Below are positions 55,758 through 64,000 of a stretch of 64,000 nucleotides of DNA, piece after piece; positions within the stretch are counted from its first letter, which is position 1; the number at the start of each line of letters is the position of its first letter. Source of the DNA: a virus. Taxonomy: Duplodnaviria > Caudoviricetes. The DNA lies in the IMG/VR virus record IMGVR_UViG_3300014205_000170, positions 384,001 through 448,000 of that record, one strand, 5' to 3'. The position numbers and the translations under genes were made by a program. Under the pieces are notes generated by a model. It did no database searches and was not told where the DNA came from. It saw only the letters and a program-made list of their open reading frames with translations.

Positions 55758-57083
55758 TTAAGACAATTCAACCGATTTTGTACTACCGCCTATTCTGAAT
55801 TTTAATAATGCGTTTCCAGTAGAACCAGAAACTGCCCATAAATCTCCATCATTAAGAGTGCTTGGGTCTGCTGTTAAAATTGGAATGTTAATTGGGGCAA
55901 CTGTTGTGGCTGTTACAACTAAAGTGCTCGTTGTAGTAGCTCCAGTTACGTAAAGATTATTAAATATGGTAACTCCCGTATTTGGGTCTTGAAACAAACT
56001 AGAATTTATCAATGATGCAGAACCATTCCAAAGGGGGATAAAGTTTGAAGTTCCTACTCCTTGTATTGCGGTTGAGAATATTGATTGAAATACCAAAGAT
56101 AAATCAGTGCTTCCAGAATAAATTGTTTTACCACTAAGTGTGTTAGCGCTAAATCCATTTGCAAGTCCTGTACCTGATAGTGTTAAACCATTAAAAGAAG
56201 GGGAAGCAACAGTATTGATTATTGGGTTTGCAGCTGTACCACCGGTTAGAATGTTCGAGCCTTGACCTACTACCTGAATTGTGGTATTTGCTTGTTGAAA
56301 TATGGAATATAAGTTCGTGTTGCCACTTAATATAGTTCCGCCGCTTAAAGTTGTTGCGCTTAATCCTGGTGCTAAAACTGTACCTGTAAATGTCGCTCCA
56401 CTTAAATTAGCTTTAGTAGAAATTTGCCCATTTATTATATCCAAATATGTTTGTAGATTGGTACTACCAGTATAGATAGTTCCGCCACTTAAAGTATTTG
56501 CCGAAAAACCATTAGCAAGACCAGTACCAGAAATGGATATACCATTAATAGATGGTGTCGCAACTAAACTTACAATTGGATTTGTAGCTGTTCCTCCAGT
56601 GTTAATGTTGGAGCCTGGAGCTACGATTGTTTGAGTTCCAGAACCTATTTGTTGAAATATATTATATAGATTTGTCGCTCCACTAAATATTGTTCCTCCA
56701 CTTAAAGTTGTTGCGCTTAATCCTGGTGCTAAAACTGTACCTGTAAATGTCGCTCCACTTAAATTAGCTTTGGTAATAAGCTGTGAATTAAACGTATTAA
56801 ATAAGGTTTGTAAATTTGTACTTCCAGAAAATAATGTGCCTCCGGAAATTGTATTTGCTGAAATAGAATTGAGAGAAATATTATTGCTTAGCGACATTCC
56901 AAAGTGGTATATAGCTGGACTTGTAAACCCTGATGACATTGTTATGTTTGTCCCAGCGGACACAATAGTTGCACCGGTTGTAACTGCTGTGATACCTCCA
57001 CCAATTAAACTAAAGTTGTAATTGATTTTATCTCTACCACCATTTGGTGTATCAAAGGTCTCTATTGTTTGGAAAACACTCAC
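55758..57083 (-). CDS. Fibre/decoration-type structural protein with SAxTLSGGT repeats
   Basis: G/S/T-rich repeats; N-terminal GRDKINYNF motif. Confidence 0.65.
   Translation of the reverse strand: MSVFQTIETFDTPNGGRDKINYNFSLIGGGITAVTTGATIVSAGTNITMSSGFTSPAIYHFGMSLSNNISLNSISANTISGGTLFSGSTNLQTLFNTFNSQLITKANLSGATFTGTVLAPGLSATTLSGGTIFSGATNLYNIFQQIGSGTQTIVAPGSNINTGGTATNPIVSLVATPSINGISISGTGLANGFSANTLSGGTIYTGSTNLQTYLDIINGQISTKANLSGATFTGTVLAPGLSATTLSGGTILSGNTNLYSIFQQANTTIQVVGQGSNILTGGTAANPIINTVASPSFNGLTLSGTGLANGFSANTLSGKTIYSGSTDLSLVFQSIFSTAIQGVGTSNFIPLWNGSASLINSSLFQDPNTGVTIFNNLYVTGATTTSTLVVTATTVAPINIPILTADPSTLNDGDLWAVSGSTGNALLKFRIGGSTKSVELS
56344..56771. repeat. 71-bp exact direct repeat (56344-56414 and 56701-56771)
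   Basis: Identical CTTAAAGTTGTTGCGC...AAATTAGCTTT copies 357 bp apart, in frame. Confidence 0.9.
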
Positions 57084-57193
57084 TTGTTTCTATTTAGGAA
57101 TAAATAGTTCAGAAAAACTATTGGGTAGGAAAATTAATTAAGCATTTCCTTTGTGGTTAAAACCTCATTTTTTTGTATTAAACACTAGAAACA

Positions 57194-57676
57194 TTGGCCT
57201 CAAAAAGTAAATATATTTTTAAATACAATAAGGATAATAGCCTGTATAATTATGTTGAACTTAATAAAGTTGACAAAGTAATTTCTTATTTTAAAATTGA
57301 GGATAAAACTTTGGTTAGATACGATAGAAGTACAGACACAAAACAATTGATAAAATTCAAAAAACCGGTAAGATTAGAACAAAAATTTATGGCCAACGAG
57401 AGTTTTATTACGGTGTTTGATGTTCAATCAAACCAATCTGTCCAACATAACATGCCTGAATATGAAAGAAGGATAACTTTGGTTAAAAACAATGTATCAT
57501 TATCAGATTTTGGGAAATATGTTATCGAGAGATGGAAACAAATAACCAATAAAGAGTTGATTAAAGAGAAAGATGGATTGACATTTAAAACTATTGATGA
57601 CTCTATTACTAGTAATTTAGGAAAAGCCACGGATTTTTTTAAACACCAAAGATTCAGCCTAAAAGCGAAAACATAA
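57194..57676 (+). CDS. Hypothetical protein
   Basis: ORF. Confidence 0.5.
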   Translation: MASKSKYIFKYNKDNSLYNYVELNKVDKVISYFKIEDKTLVRYDRSTDTKQLIKFKKPVRLEQKFMANESFITVFDVQSNQSVQHNMPEYERRITLVKNNVSLSDFGKYVIERWKQITNKELIKEKDGLTFKTIDDSITSNLGKATDFFKHQRFSLKAKT

Positions 57677-57736
57677 TAGGTAAAATACCTTTTTTAAGCT
57701 AAAATTTAACTTATTTGGACCTATTTAATCTTAAAT

Positions 57737-58219
57737 GTGTCTATAATGAAAAAACGCAGCGTAAAAAGTTGGTTATTTGAAAATATTATCAATGAATCTG
57801 AGCAACCTTTTTATAGGTTAGCTCCAACAGATGTGAAATCAATAGCTAATGCTACACTAAATTCAAATAAAAAAGTTTTCTCATTGTCATTTACAACAAA
57901 TGATGGTAGAGATATGAAATTAAAGGTGAAAGATAAATTGTTTTATGATTGGTCAAAAAAGCAACCAGATAACAATGATAGTGATACTATAAAAGAATTT
58001 TTGTTTTGGTTTTTGAATAATTCGAAACCAAGGGAAGATAAAATGATTGCTGAAATTGTAGATGAATATAACAACTTAATTGGCGACGAAGATTTACCTA
58101 AAGATGTAGATAATAGAATGATAGGTCTTTCCTCGGTTGATTCTGATATTGCATCTTATCAAACTAGAACAAAATCGAAAAATTATAATTCTTGGGGACT
58201 TGGATTTATAACTTGGTAA
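57737..58219 (+). CDS. Hypothetical head-type protein
   Basis: ORF with IxE sites; TATTTAA upstream. Confidence 0.55.
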   Translation: MSIMKKRSVKSWLFENIINESEQPFYRLAPTDVKSIANATLNSNKKVFSLSFTTNDGRDMKLKVKDKLFYDWSKKQPDNNDSDTIKEFLFWFLNNSKPREDKMIAEIVDEYNNLIGDEDLPKDVDNRMIGLSSVDSDIASYQTRTKSKNYNSWGLGFITW

Positions 58220-58234
58220 TTTAAAAAAAAAGAC

Positions 58235-58693
58235 ATGAAAAAAAACAATAATCAAAGAGATAGAATGAAACAACTTGTTCAATCTTTTGAAGAAAAAAAT
58301 GAAATTATAAAAGAAACTGAAACCAAGAAAGTAGATGAAGAAGCTCTTTTAAAAGAATCAGGACGTTTAAAAGAAATTGCTAGAATTGATGAATGGATTA
58401 CTAATCCAAAATTAAATCCAACAGCTCAATTTACCGGTGGTCATGGAGTAACTGTTAACACATTTATTCCTAACACTGCTGAACAAAATGTAAAATTATA
58501 TAATCCCAATTATACATATTTACAAGCAAGTGAGGCTTTAGAGTTGTCGATAAAAAGAGCCATCGAATCAGGGTCTCCTATTAATGACCTTGGATTTTAC
58601 GAAGAAGTAAATTGGAATTTGAATAACATGGGTTTTAATTCAAGAATGCCTTTAGATATTAAAACAGCTATGAAAAAGATGTTGTCTGCCTAA
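58235..58693 (+). CDS. Hypothetical protein
   Basis: ORF. Confidence 0.55.
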   Translation: MKKNNNQRDRMKQLVQSFEEKNEIIKETETKKVDEEALLKESGRLKEIARIDEWITNPKLNPTAQFTGGHGVTVNTFIPNTAEQNVKLYNPNYTYLQASEALELSIKRAIESGSPINDLGFYEEVNWNLNNMGFNSRMPLDIKTAMKKMLSA

Positions 58694-58708
58694 ATATCTT
58701 AAACTATT

Positions 58709-61318
58709 ATGAATCTCACAGAAAGCTATATTGACAGACTTTCCCTGCTTGCCGGTATTCTTTTTGAAAACAGAATTGATAAATTACGTGCTCAAAAATT
58801 TCCAGAAGACATAGTAAATTTTGCTTTAGAATTTGCAAAAGAAACATCTCGTAATAATTCTGATTTATCTATAAATCAAAATCAATATATCCCTTGGATT
58901 GCACAACAAGCCAAAAACAATCCTGAAATTATGACTGACAAGGATAAGCTTGCAGTAATAACAAACTGGATTAAAAAATCAGGATATAATAAAATCAATT
59001 CTACTGAACCGTTTAATACGGTATATGATAAAGCAAAAGAATGGTTACGTTTAAAAAACATTAATGTAAGTACTGGAGAAAGAATAGAAGGTGGTAAAGT
59101 TGTAAAAAAATATCCAAACGATTATCAGTGGATTCAAGCAACAGAAGTAAATTGGTGTATAAATGTTGGAGAAAAATATGGCTGGTGCTTTAATCAATTA
59201 AACAGAGCAGAAAGATTTGTAGGGTTAGGGGATATTGGTGTGAATAATAAAGGTTATTTTTTATTAAACAAAAAACTAGAACCTGTTGTTGCATTACAAT
59301 ATAATTCTAAAACTGGTATTGTAGAAGACATACAAGGTATTCATAATCAATTAATAAGTGCCGATTTATTCCCTTATATAATAGATATTTTTAAAACTTT
59401 TTCTATTATAACAGACATTCAAGGACATAAATTAACCTTTTGGAATTCAATAATACAACCTGAGTCAAAAAAATTTCAAACAGATTTGTTTGCATTACCA
59501 AATGTAAAAATTCCTGTCAACATCAAAATACAAAATGGTGTCGATTTAAAAGACGAAGAATTAAAACAATTAAGCCCAACAGTAAAACTTACATATGGTT
59601 ATGCTCATTTATTAACGCCAGAAGAAATTAAAAGTCTACCAATTAAAGATAAATTAGATAATGGATATCGATTAAGCGATTCAGAAATTAGATTATTGTC
59701 AATAGATGACCGAATAAACTATGGATATATTACTGATGAAGAAAAAAGAGAATTACCAATTAATATTAAAATCGAATATGATATTGCATTAACTCAAGAA
59801 GATTTGAATGTTTTAAATCAGCCCATTCTAACTAAGATTAAGCAAATTATAGACGAAGAAGCAGACCCAAAAGATTTATTTATCAAAAAAGATTTCAAAG
59901 ATTTCAAAGAATCTTATGTTGATGATGAAGGAATACATTTAGATATTACACAAGATGAGTATGATAAAAAATATTCTGGCTTAGATGAATACAATAGATA
60001 TTATGAACATTATTCAGCCTCTGATAAAGAGTTGGATTCAGAAGAATTGAATTATATGGATTCTTATTTAGATAAAGAAAATATTCAAACTTTAAAATAT
60101 TTATCTGAGATATTAGGTGTTGAACAAGATTATAATTTTGAAGAAAGTGAAAATATTAAAAAGTTTATAGAAGAAAATTTAGAAAATTCCGATGATATTC
60201 TTGAAACTTTTTTATATGATTTAAGTAGTATACATGGAATTGCCAAAGAAGAAGAAATAGAAAAAACCTTAAAAGAAGAACAAAAATTTAAATATAAAGA
60301 TGGGTATTTAATTTTACCTTGGAAAGATTTATATGAATTTTTATCTAAAAAAAGTCCAATTTCCGATTTTAAAGAATTAGAGGACTTAGAAATAAATGGT
60401 GAAATTAATTTAGAAGATATAATGTATAATTATACTTCAAGTTTAAGTGAGAACTTAATTAAAGATTTAAATGAAACTATAAAAAGTAAATTAAATAAAT
60501 CTTTAGAAGATATTGAAGCGAATCCAGGATATTTTAATAATGTTGCAGATTTTAAAAATCTCATTAAGAGTTTGAACTTTGTTTCTGGAAATTTTAGTTT
60601 TTATGGTTCTATCAAAAAATCGGGACCTGTTTCAGTACATAGAGGTAATGCTAAATACAAATTGGAATTGCCTAAAAAAAATATTTTTATACAGGAAGTT
60701 AATTATATTGAAAGAAAGATTTCCATATTTATAATAGAATACACAAGTAAAGAAAAAAATAGAGTAAAGAAAATGTTAAAAGGAGATATTCCATATGAAA
60801 ATTTAGCCAGTTATATTCAACAATATTCATTGTTTGAAGCTAAGTTACGCAAAGAAATATCAAAACTTTTATCAGAAGATTTTAGATTTTTATATGACCA
60901 GCAAACTTATACCCCATCTCAAGATGTGGTTCAAACTGCACAAAACGCTTTAAACATAGTTCAAAAAAATAAGCTTGTTCAATCAGACGGTTCAAATGAG
61001 GGGTCTGGCTTACAAAAGGCTCAATCCTTAGTATCTAAACAACCAATTTCCCATGCTCAATTAAAGCGTATGAAGGCTTTCTTTGACAATAACTTACAAG
61101 CCGTTAGAAACGAAAAAAGTGCCGGAAAAAACATAAACAACTCTCCTATAATTCAAAAATGGGAACTTTGGGGAGGAGATGCTGGTCAAAGATGGGCTAA
61201 TACTCACATTAACAAAACTCAAAGTTCTAACAAAACTAGTAAAGGCGTTCGAAATTCTGACATGATAGCTCGTGATAACAGAATAATGGACCCTACCAAC
61301 ACTAGAATACACAGATAA
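58709..61318 (+). CDS. Large multi-domain virion-associated protein
   Basis: LTES..RL..LAGI leader; PcfJ-like middle; short tandem repeats; C-terminal RM..FF...W.LWGGDAG..W module. Confidence 0.6.
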   Translation: MNLTESYIDRLSLLAGILFENRIDKLRAQKFPEDIVNFALEFAKETSRNNSDLSINQNQYIPWIAQQAKNNPEIMTDKDKLAVITNWIKKSGYNKINSTEPFNTVYDKAKEWLRLKNINVSTGERIEGGKVVKKYPNDYQWIQATEVNWCINVGEKYGWCFNQLNRAERFVGLGDIGVNNKGYFLLNKKLEPVVALQYNSKTGIVEDIQGIHNQLISADLFPYIIDIFKTFSIITDIQGHKLTFWNSIIQPESKKFQTDLFALPNVKIPVNIKIQNGVDLKDEELKQLSPTVKLTYGYAHLLTPEEIKSLPIKDKLDNGYRLSDSEIRLLSIDDRINYGYITDEEKRELPINIKIEYDIALTQEDLNVLNQPILTKIKQIIDEEADPKDLFIKKDFKDFKESYVDDEGIHLDITQDEYDKKYSGLDEYNRYYEHYSASDKELDSEELNYMDSYLDKENIQTLKYLSEILGVEQDYNFEESENIKKFIEENLENSDDILETFLYDLSSIHGIAKEEEIEKTLKEEQKFKYKDGYLILPWKDLYEFLSKKSPISDFKELEDLEINGEINLEDIMYNYTSSLSENLIKDLNETIKSKLNKSLEDIEANPGYFNNVADFKNLIKSLNFVSGNFSFYGSIKKSGPVSVHRGNAKYKLELPKKNIFIQEVNYIERKISIFIIEYTSKEKNRVKKMLKGDIPYENLASYIQQYSLFEAKLRKEISKLLSEDFRFLYDQQTYTPSQDVVQTAQNALNIVQKNKLVQSDGSNEGSGLQKAQSLVSKQPISHAQLKRMKAFFDNNLQAVRNEKSAGKNINNSPIIQKWELWGGDAGQRWANTHINKTQSSNKTSKGVRNSDMIARDNRIMDPTNTRIHR

Positions 61319-61396
61319 AATTAAAGTTAATCATTAACTTGATTTTGTCATTTCAGCCTTTTATATTTGTCCTATAACATTTAAACACATTAAAAA

Positions 61397-61975
61397 ATGG
61401 ACAAAGATTTAGAATTAAAATTAAAAAACTCTACACCAATTTATCAAAGTATCGAAAAGTTTGAAGATGCAGATGAAGAAATGCTTTTTATCGCAAATCA
61501 TATCAAGCGTACAACACAACACAATGAATATATAGAACCAACAAGAATTAAGTTTTTATATTCAAATAAACCAAAAAAAGATGGAAGTAGCTATAGTCTC
61601 TTTGACCTTTTTAAGCGTAATGATATGGATAAAATGATTAATGATACTTATGATTTTATTTTAACTATATTTTATGATGTTTGGAAAGACCTTGCTCCAG
61701 ACCAAAAATTAATCATGTTAGACAAAGCTTTATGTGGTATAGATATGGGAAATATGGAAAATCAAAAGATTGGAAAAAACCCACCAGACTCAAAAGAATA
61801 TAAATCTAACATGCGTTTTTATGGTGCAGACAAAGTAATGAACACTTCTGATACTGTAGATTTGGCTTGTAGAAGAATTTTAGAAGAGAGAAAAGAGCAA
61901 CAAAAATTGGCTAAAGAAGCGGCTGGAGGTAAGAAAAAAGGCAAAAAGCATGCTGATGTAGCAGAAGATTTTTAA
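61397..61975 (+). CDS. Phage metallopeptidase-like protein, active site apparently degenerate
   Basis: DFILTI..DVW..L...QK..MLDKALC, where HExxH would be expected. Confidence 0.45.
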   Translation: MDKDLELKLKNSTPIYQSIEKFEDADEEMLFIANHIKRTTQHNEYIEPTRIKFLYSNKPKKDGSSYSLFDLFKRNDMDKMINDTYDFILTIFYDVWKDLAPDQKLIMLDKALCGIDMGNMENQKIGKNPPDSKEYKSNMRFYGADKVMNTSDTVDLACRRILEERKEQQKLAKEAAGGKKKGKKHADVAEDF

Positions 61976-61977
61976 TA

Positions 61978-62280
61978 ATGAAAAGTTCAAATAACATATT
62001 AAATGCAGTTATATCAAAACTTCAAGCTGAAAAAGATGAAGTTATTGTGCAATTGGATTTAATTATAAATAAAAACCTATCAGATAAGGGGGTTTCCGGT
62101 CTTGTAGACCAAGCAACACTTATGTTTAAAAAGCTATCAGAAATTGATTTAACGATTGAAACTGTTCTGCTTACAATAGAGAATAATAAATCAAATCAAT
62201 TTATTCAACAAATAGGAGAATTATCAGAGCTTATATCTAAAAACAATAAAAATACAGAAAACAATGGAGATAATCCTTAA
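61978..62280 (+). CDS. Hypothetical coiled-coil protein
   Basis: ORF. Confidence 0.55.
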   Translation: MKSSNNILNAVISKLQAEKDEVIVQLDLIINKNLSDKGVSGLVDQATLMFKKLSEIDLTIETVLLTIENNKSNQFIQQIGELSELISKNNKNTENNGDNP

Positions 62281-62503
62281 AATATTCTTGGGCTTACTAA
62301 GTATAGCCTTTGGTTATATATCTTATTTTATTCTTAAAGAATACAATAAGTTTAAAAAATCTGATGATGCTGAAAAAGCATCTCTTATGGAAAAATTCGT
62401 TTTAGGAGCAATCACATTCAGTTGTGTATGTTTTTTAGGAGTTTTAATATGTTTTAGTATTACTTTAATGTTTAGTACTATAATAATACAATTGCCTTTT
62501 TAA
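62264..62503 (+). CDS. Small two-TM membrane protein
   Basis: Two hydrophobic segments. Confidence 0.55.
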   Translation: MEIILKIFLGLLSIAFGYISYFILKEYNKFKKSDDAEKASLMEKFVLGAITFSCVCFLGVLICFSITLMFSTIIIQLPF

Positions 62504-62773
62504 ATGAAAGATTGGTGGAAATATTCTAAATTAAGATTCTACTATTTAAACACTTTGTGGAATTATAATTTTTGGTTAAAAACTACCCGCGTTTATGAAA
62601 CCTTTGTTTCAAGTGAAAAACCAAATCGTTTAGGAGAAACAAAGTCGCCAACAGCAAGAAAAAGATTTAAAGGTTATCTTTATAAAGGTAATATTTACTT
62701 AGATAATCCTGGTATTCCAAATATACCTAGAGATGTCTGGAATGCTTGGAAAACCAAGGGATTAATCAAATAG
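62504..62773 (+). CDS. Hypothetical protein
   Basis: ORF followed by a terminator at about 62777-62805. Confidence 0.55.
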   Translation: MKDWWKYSKLRFYYLNTLWNYNFWLKTTRVYETFVSSEKPNRLGETKSPTARKRFKGYLYKGNIYLDNPGIPNIPRDVWNAWKTKGLIK

Positions 62774-62863
62774 TGAATCCGATGTAAACAAACATCGGAT
62801 TTTTCATTTATATCCAATTAGATTTTAGTAATTTCTTTCTATTTATTGACAAATAACCTTATA

Positions 62864-64000
62864 ATGGCTAAACCGAAAGATAACGAACCTTCAACAAATT
62901 CAGAAGTACAAAGGTCTGATGAATTTCAGAAGGAAGTAGAAATAAAAGAAACTACAATGGAAGTAGCAAAAGATTTACTTGAATCTACTACTGAAAATGA
63001 ATTTTCTAAATTAGGCTATGAGGAAGTTAGTAAGTCTGCTGGAGAATACGGTACAGAAAAAAAGTATGGTGCTGGTGTTGAACAAAATCAATTTAAAATT
63101 AGAGTAGCCGGTAAAACAAAAACAAGTCTTGAAAAACAAGTAATGTTAGGTGCTAAAAGAATCCAATCTGATATAAATTTTTCATATAATGGAAAAATGG
63201 TTAATGTTGAATATAAAACAACAGAAGCCGGTTTTTTCAGGGGTGTTGATAGTAATTCAATTCCTTATACTTTTACTAAAACCATTACTATTGATGGGTC
63301 TAAAAAAACAGAATTAGAAAAACAAATGAAAGAACTTTTTGCAATAGGTGCAAAAAAAGAAGTTGGATATCTTACTAATACCAAATTAGGTGTTGAGGAT
63401 ACAACAGATAAAAGTACAACTTCAACCGTTAATGAAAACCAAGAATCAATGAAAAAATTAACTATTAAAAGTATATTTTCTAACGAAGATATATCTGATG
63501 CTCTTAACGAATCTAAAAATTCAGATAACGTTAAAAAACAAAACACTATTCCTTTAGATAAAACACATCCTTTTGATAAATCTGATGAAGAAGTTGATAA
63601 AGACAAGTCTTTGCTTTTTGATGATAAAGAAGAAACTGATGTAAATGAAGTAACAACAGCAGGTCCTTCTGGTGCTGGTGCCGGAGCGTTTTTAACCCCT
63701 TTTGCTTTTAAAGGAACTTCTTATGGCAAATATAAAGGTAAAAAGAAACCAACAATAACAAAAGAATACAATGTTGTTCCTAACAGCGAAGGTTATAATT
63801 CAGATGGATTTTGGCAAAAGGTTAATGTTGATGCTCTTAAAGATACACATCCTCTTGGAATGCCTGGAATTAAACCAGGAAGCAAAGAAGAGTGGGATGC
63901 AACTACAAAAGGCGATAAAAACAAATTAAAAAGACTTGGCTTAAAAGAAGAAGTTGAAGCTCCAAAAGTTAATCTTGATTTAACAAAAAAGAAAATATTT
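62864..64000 (+). CDS. Head-type protein, runs off the window end (not in ORF track)
   Basis: ATG 62864 after CTATTTAT; frame open to 64000; NEVTTAG..GAGAF.TPFAF motif. Confidence 0.7.
   Translation, partial: MAKPKDNEPSTNSEVQRSDEFQKEVEIKETTMEVAKDLLESTTENEFSKLGYEEVSKSAGEYGTEKKYGAGVEQNQFKIRVAGKTKTSLEKQVMLGAKRIQSDINFSYNGKMVNVEYKTTEAGFFRGVDSNSIPYTFTKTITIDGSKKTELEKQMKELFAIGAKKEVGYLTNTKLGVEDTTDKSTTSTVNENQESMKKLTIKSIFSNEDISDALNESKNSDNVKKQNTIPLDKTHPFDKSDEEVDKDKSLLFDDKEETDVNEVTTAGPSGAGAGAFLTPFAFKGTSYGKYKGKKKPTITKEYNVVPNSEGYNSDGFWQKVNVDALKDTHPLGMPGIKPGSKEEWDATTKGDKNKLKRLGLKEEVEAPKVNLDLTKKKIF

Overview
This is an AT-rich, gene-dense segment of a large T4-like (jumbo) myophage. Repeated TTTG-N19-22-TAnnTTTG promoters and A-rich start contexts without Shine-Dalgarno sites point to a Bacteroidota host, and the standard genetic code is used. 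From left to right: the end of a baseplate/hub-like gene with an M15 peptidase domain; a replication block (PolA-like polymerase, RecA/UvsX, 5'-3' exonuclease, DnaB helicase, nrdAB); accessory and virion genes (Hsp20, HAD phosphatase, YkuK RNase H-like, holin-like, PD-(D/E)XK nuclease, gmd, amidase, SNF2, PcfJ-like, radical SAM). At 35.5-47 kb there are 35 tRNA genes in three arrays, a compact RNase P RNA, a catalytic-core-only HisRS, a GIY-YIG endonuclease, nadD and several tRNA-like RNAs; more virion and accessory genes follow. Main finding: each tRNA array is preceded by an unannotated short leader ORF plus an intrinsic terminator with a mutually exclusive antiterminator. Each leader is built from the amino acids whose tRNAs lie downstream: F/S/N/H/T; poly-K; and G/M/V/W/Y/P/I/D/A/T/C/R. 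This looks like a ribosome-stalling attenuation system that switches on phage tRNA operons when the matching tRNAs are depleted. Second finding: small ORFs made of capsid, sheath and tube fragments that share an [RK]x[VI][LIM][IFVMC]EK peptide motif. All calls come from reading the sequence by eye; no searches or folding programs were run.
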